From Octopus vulgaris (Eukaryota), in the NCBI GenBank assembly GCA_951406725.2, contig OX597837.1:41292001-41356000 (forward strand): 64,000 nucleotides of DNA, given 5' to 3'. Position numbers and translations under genes: made by a program. Of the stretch, positions 1 through 12,748 are shown in pieces; position 1 is the first letter of the stretch; every line of letters starts with the position of its first letter. The notes under the pieces are model-generated. The model saw only the letters and a program-made list of their open reading frames with translations, did not search any database and was not told the DNA's origin.

Positions 1-190
1 TCGATCTTCTAATCTCCTAATCTGTTTTAATTAAAACAGATTAGGAGATCGAAAATCCACCTGACGAATGTCATTGAAGACATGAAACGATTGTAGTGGC
101 GGTTTATTTCTTTATATTAAAAATGTTTATGTATTTTTTAAGTCTTTCCTTGTTTGTTTTGCAAAATAGTGGTTTTGTCTCGAATTGATA
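1..190 (+). mobile_element. Penelope-like terminal repeat fragment (family H1) with inverted junction and hammerhead
   Basis: Same sequence recurs at about 15200-15430 and 48325-48490; perfect 38-bp palindrome at 12-49; hammerhead motif at 57-99. Confidence 0.65.
57..99 (+). ncRNA. Minimal type-I hammerhead ribozyme
   Basis: ccac-CTGACGA-atgtc(attgaa)gacat-GAAA-c(gatt)g-TA-gtgg: stems I, II, III and the full conserved core; GUA cleavage triplet. Confidence 0.8.
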
Positions 191-235
191 TTATATATAT
201 ATATATATATATATACATATATATATGGTGGTTGT

Positions 236-570
236 CTACTCCTTATACAGATTTTGACCATGTGGCTTTTTAAATGTTTTAAATGTTCTGAAAAGACACC
301 CACATAGATTGCACCTCCAAGTTGGACTAGATAAGTTCTGCTCTTTGTGGATCTTAAAATGTATTTTGAGGCCTCCCTTGGATTTGCAAACCCTCTGGCT
401 TACACTGTATTCGAAGGTGTGGACAGACATATAGTCAGAATAGTTGGTGGAGGTACGTTTTCCATGCTTTCGCAGATGAGATTTGAGGCCAGCAAAAGAC
501 AGGCATGGTCTGTCGTAAACTGTGCACACAAAAAGGTCATTGTCATTCACCTTCTCGATCGTAACATTCT

Positions 571-575
<5 letters not shown>
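236..575 (-). mobile_element. RTE-type LINE 3' coding fragment (degenerate C2H2-like C-terminus)
   Basis: Translation FVCTVYDRPCLSFAGLKSHLRKH..VCKSKGGLKIHFKIH..CNLCG resembles RTE ORF C-terminal zinc-finger-like motifs; no RT domain; flanked by microsatellites. Confidence 0.5.
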
Positions 576-610
<35 letters not shown>

Positions 611-613
<3 letters not shown>

Positions 614-672
614 CAAATGGCGGAGCCCCAGCATGGCTGCAGCTCGCGAGATAAAACTAGAGAAGAAAAAAA
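611..672 (+). mobile_element. Isolated SINE/LINE 3' tail (same tail as the 59218-59424 element)
   Basis: tagcaaatggcggagccccagcatggctgcagctcgcgagataaaactaga matches 59363-59420. Confidence 0.6.
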
Positions 673-930
673 AGATATAGATAGATCAGTCGATAGATAG
701 ATGCATACACACATATATATATATGTATGTACATATGTATGAATATGTGTTTGTATGTGTTTGTGTCTATGCGTGAGTGTGTGTGTGTGTCTTTGTTGTT
801 TGCGTGCACATCAGCCCCTACTTCCGTTTGATAACAGATAACAGTATTATGTTCCTGTCACTTAGCGGTTCGGCAAAAGAGAAACAATAAAATAAGAAAT
901 AAAAGAAATACAGAGGGTTTCGACTAAAAC

Positions 931-2020
931 CTATACATACACACTCTCACAGACACACATACACACACGCACGTACACACTCACACACACACACACACAT
1001 GGACACACACACACGCACACACGTGCACTCACACACATAGACTCACACATAACACGCACACACACACACATGCACACACACGTGCGCACACACAACACTC
1101 ACATACGTGCACGCACGCACACACATAAGGGCAACATATTTATAAGCAAACTTATAAACACACACGCACACCCATACACGTACATGCACACACACGCTCG
1201 CACACTCACACGCAAGCACACACACATACAAGTGTCACACATTTATTAGTACACAGTCACGCGCACAAATACACACACGTACACACACACACAACACACA
1301 CACACACATAAGGACAATATATTTATAAGCATACTTATAAACACACACGCACACACATACTTACACGCACATGCACACACATACTCATACATACACGCAC
1401 ACATGCACGCGCGCACACACGCACACACGCATGGACACACGCACGCACGTACACGCAAGCACACACACACGCATACAAGGTTCGCACATTTATTAGCACA
1501 CACACGCACGCACGCATACACACACACAGATGCGCTTTTATAAGCACATGCACACGGGTTTAAACATACACACACGCGCACACATATAAGAACTACATAT
1601 TAATAAGCACATACACACACACACACAAATAACTACGTTTCAGCGCACACATTTAATTATATGAACATACACATGCTCGTATAAACGCACTCGCATACAC
1701 ACCCACACCTTCACACACACACACACACAGAACTCCCCTCCCCACACACACACGTGTAAGTACGTACATACGCTCTTTTAAGTTACCCCCCCCCCGCACA
1801 CACGTGTAAGTACGTCCATACACTCTTATATGCTCACACAATATATTTACAAGCATACTTATAAGCATACATGCACACACATACTTACACGCACATGCAC
1901 ACACATACTCACACATACACGCACGCATGCACGCGCAACACACACACATACACACGCACACTCACACGCAACCACATACACATACGTTCATATACACACT
2001 CCGAGATACATACACATACG
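931..2020. repeat. Degenerate (CA)n compound microsatellite with internal duplicated blocks
   Basis: CA/CACG runs; recurring atatttataagcatacttataa block near 1136, 1321 and 1843. Confidence 0.9.
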
Positions 2021-2799
2021 TTCGCGCTCTTTTCTGCTTCTTTTTTAAGTTGGACGCATGTTTATTGAATAACTGCAAGTTCGAATGGAAGGCGGATACG
2101 AAAATGCATATTAAAAAATCACGGAAGAATGGTACAAGTAAGGTTCCAAACCACGGAACAATGAACTGCAATGGATGAGCGATGGATTCAGGAAACGTGA
2201 AAAGGGGTGATAAATCTGGTAAGGCGGTAGAGTTGATGAGAAAAAAATGTTCTTACGCGCTGAAAAAAATGTATATGTAATAAAAATTTTGAAGAAAAAT
2301 TCTAGATTCGTAAAATATGTTTATGAAAAAAAAAATGGATGAAAATATGACAATATGAAAATATGAAGATATATATATTATATTCGTACTATAATAAAAA
2401 TATGGAATTTAAATTTAAGGAACGGTTTTACAAAAAAATGTAGCCCATTTAAACTGATTGTCGAAAAGAGGGATTTGGTAAAAAAAAAAGATGAGATAAA
2501 AAAATGTTGCAGGCATAAAGGAAAGGGGGTTGAAATGAAATGTATAATAAAAAAAAATTGAACTCTGGTGAAATGAAGTGAATCGAACTCGAGTGAAAGG
2601 AGTTGGTGCTAATAGGGTGTTAATCCGGGAATCGAAGACAGTTCGAAGTAAAGTGAGGAGGGGAGGGCGTTCCTTAAATGGGTGCTCATTCAATTCATGT
2701 GTGTAGATCAGCAAGAAGTGCCAAAACTTCTTGCGAAAGTAGTTTACGAAGGTTAACAAAGATGGCTTCACGGTGCTCAATCTCTCTAACTATACGAAT

Positions 2800-3195
<396 letters not shown>

Positions 3196-3415
3196 AAGGT
3201 GCCGAGCTGGCAGAGCCATTAGTATACTGGGCAAAATGCCTAGTGGCATTTCACCTGTCTTTACGTTCTGAGTTCAAATTCCACCAGGGTCAACTTTCAC
3301 TTTCGTCTTTTCGGGGGTGATAAAAAAATAAATACCATTTGAGCATTGGGGGTCCATCTAATCGATTTACCCGGTCCCCTGCAGCCGCTGGCATTGTGCC
3401 AAAATTTAAAACCAG
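3196..3415 (+). mobile_element. tRNA-headed SINE family B (Meta-domain-like core), diverged copy
   Basis: aaggtgccgagctggcaga...gttctgagttcaaattcc...tttcgggggtgataa; more than 12 related copies in the window. Confidence 0.8.
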
Positions 3416-3772
3416 TATCAAATTAGTAGAACATAGCTAAACTGGCCTCTCTCATTTGCATAGTGGTATTTCCGCCCAAATCTTTGTTTAAGTAATTGGA
3501 GGATTCATTTGCATATTACGTTACTCTCGTGATGATTTGCAAAGTACGCGAGCGATAGGACAATGGTAATGTCATTTCCTTTAAATAATTAGCCTAATTA
3601 TGTCTCGAAATGTTAATTGAATTCAAGAATGTTGTTGCTTCCAATTAAACGTAAAATATTTATTTAAAAAGATATAAAAAAACCTTTGATTAAATTAAAT
3701 CAATCTACGATACTGTCCTTTCTTTGATACATGTCTTCCGTATTTGCGTATATACGTGTGTGTATTTTATAC

Positions 3773-3926
3773 AGGCATGGGAGTGACTGTGATAAATAGC
3801 TTGCTTACCAACCCTTAGGTCTGGGTTCAGTCCCCACCTTGGGCAAGTGTCTTCTACTATAGCCTCGGGTCGACCAAAGCCTTGAGAGTAGATTTTGTAG
3901 ACGGAAAATGAAAGAAGCCTGCCGTA

Positions 3927-4002
<76 letters not shown>

Positions 4003-4200
4003 GCATGTATGTGTGTATTTGTGCTTGTCCCTCTATCATCGCCTGACAACCTACGCTGGTGTGTTTACGTTCCCGTAACATAGCGGTTTGGCAAAGGAGA
4101 TCGATAGAAGAAGTACTAGGCTTACAAAGAAAAAGTCCTGGGGTTGATTTGCTCGACTAAAGGCGGAGCTCCAGCATGGCCTCAGTCAAATGTCTGAAAC
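3773..4200 (+). mobile_element. tRNA-headed SINE family A (CORE-like, internal TA microsatellite)
   Basis: A/B-box-like head, ccttgggcaagtg core, (TA)n middle, cagcatggcc..cagtcaaatg.ctgaaac tail; about 20 copies or fragments in the window. Confidence 0.85.
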
Positions 4201-4209
4201 ATATACATA

Positions 4210-4377
4210 TGAAAGACAATGAAAGAGTCAGCAGAAGTTCGCCATTACCTTCTGCCAGAGCCGCGTGGATCTTAAGTGTTTCGCTCATAAACACACAGAT
4301 CGCCCGGTCTGAGATTCGAACCCGCAATCCCTCGACTGCAAGTCCACTGCTCTAACCACTAGGCCATGTGCTTCCAC
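4210..4377 (-). mobile_element. SINE family D head fragment
   Basis: Reverse complement gtggaagcacatggcctagtggttagagcag...ggttcgaatc matches the heads at 39581 and 20424. Confidence 0.7.
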
Positions 4378-4569
4378 AACGACGCAGTGATCTACTGATT
4401 GCATCCTTGCTCACATGTACTTCACATGCTTCCAGGTCTTCCTGCGGCTCCCTCAGTGTGCTTTGTGATCTATTATTAGCTGTTCTTGCTAGTTTTCTTA
4501 CTGTTTGCTCTGCTCACTTACGTGGGCGACCGGAGCGGACTAGAGGGAGAATGGAGCTGTGATATTTCA

Positions 4570-4801
4570 AAGGCGGCGAGCTGGCAGAAACGTTAGCACG
4601 CCGGGCGAAATGCTTAGCGGTATTTCGTCTGCCGTTACGTTCTGAGTTCAAATTCCGCCGAGGTTGACTTTGCTTTTCATCCTTTCGGGGTCGATAAATT
4701 AAGTACCAGTTCCGCACTGGGGTCGATGTAATCGACTTAATACCTATGTCTGTCCTTGTTTGTCCTCTCTGTGTTTAGCCCCTTGTGGGTAATAAAGAAA
4801 A
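4570..4801 (+). mobile_element. SINE family B, full length, with about 16-bp target-site duplication
   Basis: Flanked by ggagctgtgatatttc and ggaactgtgatatttc. Confidence 0.9.
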
Positions 4802-5061
4802 AGGAACTGTGATATTTCCAATTACCTATTATCATACTAACAGAACTCATGGGTACATTAAGCCGTACAGGGGTTTTTTCTGTACCCATTGCAGCTCTCA
4901 TGAAGGTCAACAATGCCCTCACGGAGGTCCTGACAAATTAGTTTCTTATTACCTACGGCCATATTGTCATAACTGATTCAACGACTATCAAGGCTCACAA
5001 ACGAAATTTCCTGAATCTTCTAGAACAATGTAGGTATTCTAGAACAATGTAGGTATTCTGA

Positions 5062-5294
5062 AAGGTGGCGAGTTGGCAGAAAGGTTAGCACGCCGGGCGA
5101 AATGTTTAGCGGTATTTCGTCTGCCGCTACGTTCTGAGTTCAAATTCCACCGAGGTCGACTTTGCCTTTCATCCTTTCGGGGTCGATAAATTAAGTACCA
5201 GTTACGCACTGTGGTCGATGTAATCGATTTAATCCGTTTGTCTGTCCTTGTTTGTCCCCTCTGTGTTTATCCCCTTGTGTGTAATAAAGAAATA
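5062..5294 (+). mobile_element. SINE family B, full length (second unit of a tandem duplication)
   Basis: Near-identical to 4570-4801 and followed by the same roughly 240-bp Tc1 flank. Confidence 0.9.
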
Positions 5295-5649
5295 GGAACT
5301 GTGATATTTCCAATTACCTATTATCGTACTAACAGAACTCAGGGACACATTAAGCCGCGCAGAGATTTTTCTGTACCCATTGCAGCTCTCATGACGGTCA
5401 ACAATACCCTCACGGAGGTCCTGACAAATTAGTTTATTATTACCTACAGCCATATTGTCATAACTGATTCAACGGCTATCAAGGCTCACAAACGAAATTT
5501 CCCGAATCTTCTAGAACAATGTAGATATTCTGGAAACCAAAAAAAAATCATTTTTATTCAAAATCTCTGGAAAATTATTCTATTGGGTTAAATGAGCTAC
5601 AAACTTTTGCGTTTTGAATGCCAACATTGTTTCCGTTCTTTATATATTT

Positions 5650-6035
5650 TATTCTTTTACGTGTTTCAGTCATTTTGACTGCGGCCATGTTGGAGCACCG
5701 CCTTTAGTCGAACAAATCAACCCCAGAGCTTATGCCTAGTACTGATTCTATTGGTCTATTTTGCCGAACCGCAAAGTTACAGAGACGTAAACACACCAAC
5801 ATCGACTGTCAAGCAATGATGGGAGGGGACAAACAGACACAAAATAACATACATAAATATGTGTGTGTGTGTGTGTGTGTAACTGGCTTCTTTCGGTTTC
5901 CGTCTACCAAATCCATTCACAAGTCTTTGGTCGGTCCAAGGCAAAAGTAGAAGGCACTTGCCCAAGGTTCTCTGCAGTGGGATTGAACCCAGAAGCATGT
6001 GGTTGAGAATCAAGCTTCTTACCACACATCCACTC
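5650..6035 (-). mobile_element. SINE family A
   Basis: Reverse complement of the family A sequence. Confidence 0.85.
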
Positions 6036-6044
6036 TTATAAAAA

Positions 6045-6071
6045 TAGAGAGAGAGAGAGAGACAGACAGAC

Positions 6072-6102
<31 letters not shown>

Positions 6103-6111
6103 CAGATAGAC

Positions 6112-6170
<59 letters not shown>

Positions 6171-6175
6171 CAGAC

Positions 6176-6262
<87 letters not shown>

Positions 6263-6300
6263 CAGATAGCCAGACAGACAGATAGATAGATAAATAGATA
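6045..6300. repeat. (GATA)n/(GACA)n microsatellite
   Basis: Directly visible. Confidence 0.95.
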
Positions 6301-6779
6301 TATAAATATAGCTACATATATATTCATATATTTACATACAGGTGAATGATCATTCTCTTTCTAGCAACCAATGTTGTTGTTTTCTTTTTGTTTCTTTGTT
6401 TGTTTTTTTTATTTACGGACTACATTCAGCGAGAGTCGCCAATTTATGAAACCACCCTGTTGAAATTCCGGCAGGATTTTGGCTGGTATTTCGAGCAGGT
6501 GTTACGTCTGCGTTCCTTTCTATATATAAAACGCTTTTACTGAACGGGGAAAATTACATAACGCCGTAGCGTGTCACGACATTTCTCAAATTCATTAAGG
6601 TTTTCACTAATGAATGTGAGAAATATTAGAGCTTCACTTATTAATGAATCTTAGTTCCTGTCTGTCGCGGCAATTGACACTCTCTCCCCCACTCGCACTC
6701 TCTATCTCCCTCCTCTTTCTCTCTCTCTCCCTCCTCTTTCTCTCTCTCTCCATATATATATATATAACATATATATAAC

Positions 6780-6841
<62 letters not shown>

Positions 6842-6881
6842 CATATATATATATATATAACATATATATTTATATACATTC

Positions 6882-7681
6882 AGGCGCAGGTGTGAGTGTA
6901 TGGTAAGTAGCTTACTTACAAACCACATAGTTCCGGGTTCACTCTCACTGCGTGGCACCTTGGACAAGTGTCTTCTAGCCTCGGGCCGACCAAAGCCTTG
7001 TGAGTGGATTTGATAGACGGAAACTGAAAAAAGCGCGCCGGATATATATATATACTAGCAGTATCGCCCGGCGTTGCTCAGGTTTGTAAGGGAAATAACT
7101 ATAAAGCATTTTTAGAGAGTTATAGCCAAAAAATAGCAAAAAAATGGAAAAAAAATGATGGTAATTTTTTTTGAGAGTTAAAACAGGTGGAGTTGCGTCC
7201 CCTAGACGGTCTGTGGTTTGGGTTTCTCTTTCTCGACCCCATGTCGAATTTATCGATTTTTTTCAGAACTGGGGGAACTTTTCAAAATTTTCGCTGCGTT
7301 AGTTTTGAATTATGACATTGGGCTATGTGTGTGTCAAGTTTCATCAGAATCGGTTGAAAGCCGTGGTCAGAGTGAGGGTACGAGAAAACAGACACACAGA
7401 AAACGCACAGACAAACTGCCGTTTATATAGAGAGAGATACATATATATATATGTGTGTATGTGTGTGTGTGTGTGAGAGAGAGTGTGTGTGTGTGTATGT
7501 ATACATGTGAGTGTGTGTTTCTGTGTTTGTCCCCTCCACCCACCATCACTTGCCAACCGATGCTGGTGTGTTTACGTCTCCGTAACAAAGAATAAATCTT
7601 GAGGTCGTTTTGTTCGACTAAAGGCGGTGCTCCAGTATGGCCGCAGTCAAATGACTGAAACAAGTAAAAGAATAAAAGAAT
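6882..7681 (+). mobile_element. SINE family A interrupted in its (TA)n tract by a Helitron-like element
   Basis: Head at 6882-7040, tail at 7515-7681. Confidence 0.85.
7055..7437 (-). mobile_element. Non-autonomous Helitron-like element
   Basis: On the minus strand it begins A|TC(tctctctatataaac) and ends with an imperfect GC hairpin (cctgagcaacgccggg) then CTAG|T; no TSD. Confidence 0.75.
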
Positions 7682-7801
7682 ACATACATGCGTATACAAG
7701 TATGTATGTATGTGCATACGTATATATATATATGCATGTATTTACATACGCACACATACACACACATACACACACACGCACGCACACACACACACATACA
7801 T

Positions 7802-7838
<37 letters not shown>

Positions 7839-7869
7839 CATACATACATACATATATTTTCCTGTTATT

Positions 7870-8730
7870 TTCTATGTACAGGGAGAATGGGTTTCTCTAT
7901 TTTTCTAGTACCTTACGATAAAGATTGATTTCTAGGTACCCCATGACTAGGTTAGCAAAGGAAGGGGCCATTCGCGTGCCCAACTCAGTCCCCGATTTTT
8001 GTCGATAGAAGTTGCCATTAAATACAAAGTTATTCTCCAAGATGATTTTTAGCTCTTCTATTACGAATTCTTTGTTGATGCGGTGTGGCAGTTCATTGGA
8101 GTAATTCTCTAACCAGAATTGGATTGCCTTTATTCCTTGGCTGTGGGGGTTATTGGAATAGAGGTTGACTACATCGAAGGATTCTAGTGGGGCATTTTTA
8201 TTTATTGTTTCATGGAGGTGATTGGGCATATCTAGGTCGTCCCTTATGTAGCATTTGATATGCTTGAGGAATGGTTTTAAGAGGGTGTCTAAAGTGTTAC
8301 TGAGACGATGAATTTCGTATGCGGGGCCTGCTATTAGGAATCTTAATTTGAGGTCATTAGGAGTAGGTACCTTGACTATTATGTCTGTGGCTCCCCTGCA
8401 TGCGTTACTTATTTTTCCACTTTTGTGTATCTTAGGAATACCGTAGAATTGACTCGATTTACTTTTGAGGTTAGTCATAAAGTCGTATTTCTTGTCGGTG
8501 GGTTTTACTCTGTATAGGTTTAACATTGTTTTTAGATTTCCCATTATTTTCTGCTGATTGTAGTGTTGTACCTTTTCATAACAAGTTATGTCTTCTAATA
8601 TGGACAGTACTAGGGTTATATATAATATAACGTGTCCATTAAAAGCCTCTTTGATTGTTATTGTTTTATTATCCTCTAATCTGTTCAGCTCAGTCCATTC
8701 TTTTTGCTGAAGTTTGGCCTGTAATTGGGT
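7870..8730 (-). mobile_element. Penelope-like retroelement reverse transcriptase fragment (truncated)
   Basis: ORF 7897-8544 has FYGIPKIHK, LRFLIAGP, SFDVVNLYSN and FNGNFYRQKSGTELGTRMAPSFANLVMGYLE, typical PLE RT motifs; truncated before the YxDD motif. Confidence 0.9.
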
Positions 8731-8739
8731 AATATATAT

Positions 8740-9172
8740 ATATTAAAAAAGAAAAATACGCACACTTTACATAGTTTTAATATAATTTTTAGTATATCGA
8801 CCGATTTCATTATCGCTATTCATGATGTTATGGTTTACTTATTTGAATATGTATTTTCTTTAGAAGAAATTTCTTTTGTCTGTACATATATATTCTCCTC
8901 CCCTTACCAAAAGCTGAACAGTTATCTCCCTTGCCCACAACAATAACAATAATAACGATAACCATTTACCTCCCCATATTTTTCTACTTGTGAAGACATT
9001 CACTCGTAAATATCATCACACACAACATGGACAAAATTTCTTCTTAAGAAAATATATATTCAAATAAGTAAACCATAATATCATGAATAGCGATAGCGAA
9101 ACCGGTCGATATATTAAAAATTTTATTAAAACTATGTAAAGTGTGCGTATTTTCCTTTTTTAATTTCTTATA
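8740..9172. repeat. Roughly 140-bp inverted repeat pair (8740-8880 and 9028-9172), Penelope-like termini
   Basis: aaaatacgcacactttacatagttttaat... is the reverse complement of ...attaaaactatgtaaagtgtgcgtatttt; each arm has a hammerhead-like motif; adjacent to the PLE RT. Confidence 0.8.
9078..9112 (+). ncRNA. Ultra-minimal hammerhead ribozyme, A3-U8 core variant
   Basis: atatc-ATGAATA-gc(gata)gc-GAAA-ccgg-TC-gatat; decayed inverted copy at 8794-8828 has the same core. Confidence 0.55.
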
Positions 9173-9626
9173 TATATTACAACTCACCACGTGGGTATAA
9201 TCGAAATTCCTCCTTTCTGTTACTACTTCTACTATATATATGCGTGTGCCTGTGTGTGTGTATATATAAATACATTCATATACGCATGCTTATTTACACG
9301 CATATATACAAAGCTAATTCGAAGACTACAGATCTAATTCATCACTGGAACTGCAAAAATCTGTAACACTTTCCAGAAGTTTATCATTTAAATATATATG
9401 AGCATGTCTAGATATGCAATTATATGCATTAGAATACATACATAAAGCAAAACATATAAATCTGCACATATACATACAAACAAACAAAAATACCCTGTCG
9501 CTGATGTTGAAATTCCTATGAAGGAGCCATTGATACAGGTTAGAAACCGGTTCTTTCTCTATTGGCAAGAAATCTTGAAATAGAACTGAATAATGACGTA
9601 CATACATACATACATACGTACATACA

Positions 9627-9660
<34 letters not shown>

Positions 9661-9759
9661 AATGTGTGTGTGTGTCTGTGTCTGTCTGTGTGCGTGTGTG
9701 TGTGTCCGTGTGTGTGTGCATAGATAAATACAGACTTTTGATATATTTTGGTGTATGCC

Positions 9760-10217
9760 CATGTGTGTGAGAGAGAGAGTGTGTATGTGTTGTGTTGTGT
9801 GTGTATGTGTGTGTGTTGTTTTATGTTGTGTATGTTGTGTTGTGTGTATTGTATTGTGTGTGTGTGCTCTGTTCTATTGTGTGTGTGTTGTGTTCTATTT
9901 GCGTCTGTTGTGTTGTGTGTGTTGTGTGTGTGTGTTGTGTGTGTGTCATGTTGTGTTGTGTGTGTGTCGTGCTGTATTGTGTGTGTTGTGTGTGTGTGTG
10001 TTATGCTGTGTTTTACGTTTGTGTGTATTGTGTCTGTTGTGTGTGTGTTGTGTTGTGTGTGTGTCGTGTTGTGTGTGTGTGTGTGTATGTTGTGTTGTAT
10101 TGTGTATTGTGAGTGTATATTGTGTGTGTGTTGTTTTGTGTTGTGTGAGTGTATATTGTGTGTGTGTTGTGTTGTGTGTGTGTTTATTGTGCTGTGTGTG
10201 TATTTGTTGTGTTGTTT

Positions 10218-10251
<34 letters not shown>

Positions 10252-10258
10252 TGTGTGT
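9760..10258. repeat. Degenerate (TG)n/(TTGTG)n tract
   Basis: Directly visible. Confidence 0.9.
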
Positions 10259-10472
10259 TACCGGAAGAGAAACAGAGACTTGGTCTCCCGCGTCGAGTTT
10301 CGAACCGAATCAATCACCAGACGCCAACATGTACAGAGTGTATTGATCACCCGTTTCTCATTCATCAAGCACAAAAACCTACGTGTGAACGTGTACACAA
10401 ACACACACACACATACACAACACACACACACACTCACACATACGCACAGAGGAGCACATGTGTTTGAAGTAC

Positions 10473-10745
10473 ATGGGGGAGCATGGCTTAGTGGTTAAGG
10501 CGTTGCGCTCACCACCGTCGTTTCGATTCCTGCAACGGGTGGTGCATTGTGCCCTCTCTTGCAATAACACTTCATCTGACGCTGCTCTGCGACCACATCG
10601 ACACGTGACGTGTGGTACGCGTTGCACCTGTTCAGGTAAAGTCAATTTGATGGAGATAATGAGCCAATGCATGGCACGTGCATTTTAATCACTATAAACG
10701 AATCATTTGTGCAGGTCGTTCAGTAATAGCTAAGCTCGCTTCAAC
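10473..10745 (+). mobile_element. tRNA-headed SINE with a family C-like head and a different body
   Basis: gcatggcttagtggttaagg...tttcgattcctg...aacacttcat matches the family C head at 45819; downstream sequence differs. Confidence 0.6.
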
Positions 10746-10844
10746 GAGAGATTGCTTCATATACATACAAATATACATACATACACACACAAACACACAC
10801 ACATATATATACACATACATATATATGCATCTATATATACATAT

Positions 10845-10904
10845 ATTATTATGATTATGATTATTATTATTATTATTATCATTATTATTATTATTATTAT
10901 TATC

Positions 10905-10947
<43 letters not shown>

Positions 10948-11092
10948 TTGAGTGAGAGAGCAATGCATGCCATCAAAGTGACACCGAGGTAAAATATACG
11001 AAGCTCAGTATACCCATCATGACCACCCGTCTGATAAGGGTACGCCAGGCACATGCATCACAACCATATGTGCGCTACATGGTGATCTGATA
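10845..11092 (-). mobile_element. Non-LTR retroelement 3' end with (AAT)n tail (possibly R4/Dong-like)
   Basis: On the minus strand cactttgatggcatgcattgctctctcactc runs directly into (aat)n; clade is from recall only. Confidence 0.4.
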
Positions 11093-11094
11093 TG

Positions 11095-11444
11095 GGTATG
11101 ACATAGCTTTTGACCAAAAGTGGCATGACCCCGATTATCCATCTTCCCCCTTCACCCGACCTTGCTCCCTACGACTTTTTTTTCTTTTTTGTTCCCCCGA
11201 ATAAAAAAGTCCTTAAAAGAAAACCTTTTGCCAATGTGGAAGACGTGAAGGAACAAAATGACAGAGGCGTTAAAAGGCATCACTTCGCAAGATTTCCAGC
11301 ACTGCTTCGAACAGTGGAAAAGCACCTGGGCCGATGCATTCCTTCAAATGGAGAATATTCGGAAAGCGACAAAAGTGTAAACATGTAAAAGTTAGCGAAT
11401 AAAATAACATTGCAAAATTCCGGTTCCTTTGGAGTACCCCCTCG
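11095..11444 (+). mobile_element. Mariner transposase 3' remnant with right TIR
   Basis: HLPPSPDLAPYDFF motif; ends aattccggttcctttggagtaccccctcg|TA. Confidence 0.8.
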
Positions 11445-11465
11445 TATATATATAAGATAAACAAG

Positions 11466-11607
11466 CTTGTTTCAGTTTCTATCTACAGTTTCTATCACAT
11501 GGGTTTGGTTGGCCCGAGGCTATAGTAGAAGACACTTGCCCAAGGTGCCACGCAGTGGGACTGAACCTGGAACCATGCGGCTGGTAAACAAGCTACTTAC
11601 TAGACAG

Positions 11608-11610
<3 letters not shown>
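11466..11610 (-). mobile_element. SINE family A 5' half
   Basis: Matches family A head and core. Confidence 0.8.
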
Positions 11611-11659
<49 letters not shown>

Positions 11660-11736
11660 TAAGGTATGTAGAAAAATACAACATGGACAAGAACGTATAA
11701 CTCTTAGAAGACGATACAATAAAATAATACATATAT

Positions 11737-11775
<39 letters not shown>

Positions 11776-11796
11776 TATAAATATATATATAGAGAG

Positions 11797-11838
<42 letters not shown>

Positions 11839-11857
11839 ATATATATATATATATGTA

Positions 11858-11936
<79 letters not shown>

Positions 11937-12065
11937 ATGGAACCCGGAACCACGTATTGGTACTAAATCCGGAACCATGTGATTGTAAAGCAAGTTTCTT
12001 ACCACACAGCCACCCCTGTACAGAGAGAGAGAGAGAAATAGACATATATACAGATACATACAAAT

Positions 12066-12120
<55 letters not shown>

Positions 12121-12583
12121 TAGATAGATAGATAGATAGATGTAATGCATATATGTATGAGTATAGATGCATTTTTGTGCATAAAGAAAACAAAAGCCCA
12201 TTCAATGCATTCCGAACAGTTTATATTTATCGATGAACATCTGTTCATTGAAATGTCGTCTGCAATCCAGAGATTCTAAAGCATGTCAAATACTTTTTTT
12301 TAAACATGGCGACATCTGCCTTTGTTTTAACGCCATTAGACGTAATACGACTAATGAATGCGGGAAATTGTAATAAATATATCTCTTTCTATCGCTCTCT
12401 CTCTCTTTCTCTCTTTCTCTCTTTATTTATATATAAAGTGAAAGGTGGAGGGAGAGTGGGAGGGAGAGAGAGACAAGGTGAAAGAAAGATTCATTAATAA
12501 GTTTAAACTTTCACACATTCATTGCTCAAATTGCGGTTAATGAACGAAGCTATATATGTACGTATGAATGCGGATGTATATAC

Positions 12584-12628
<45 letters not shown>

Positions 12629-12710
12629 CCTGTCTTTAGACCTTCGTACATATACATATATATATATAAATACCTGTCTTTACAACTTCGTACATATACA
12701 TATATATATA

Positions 12711-12748
<38 letters not shown>

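Larger units (their letters stand above)
4380..5620 (-). mobile_element. Tc1-like transposase 5' remnant interrupted by SINE B and partly duplicated
   Basis: DLREGIVDRHESCNGYRKISARLNVSLSSVSTIIGNWKYHSS joins ILPLVRSGRPRK (paired-like HTH plus GRPR motif) once the SINE is removed. Confidence 0.75.

Noticed and set aside
236-634. Host C2H2 zinc-finger gene exon
   Set aside because: Ligand residues are degenerate, there are no TGEKP linkers, and the ORF start lies in a repeat; it fits a LINE C-terminus better
2700-2760. Hairpin gcaagaagt(gccaaa)acttcttgc followed by GAAA as a hammerhead
   Set aside because: No CUGANGA-type core upstream and no UH site after the putative stem III
9505-9560. gaaaccggtt motif as a hammerhead
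   Set aside because: Core and stem I cannot be assigned; it looks like a retroposon tail ending in (CATA)n
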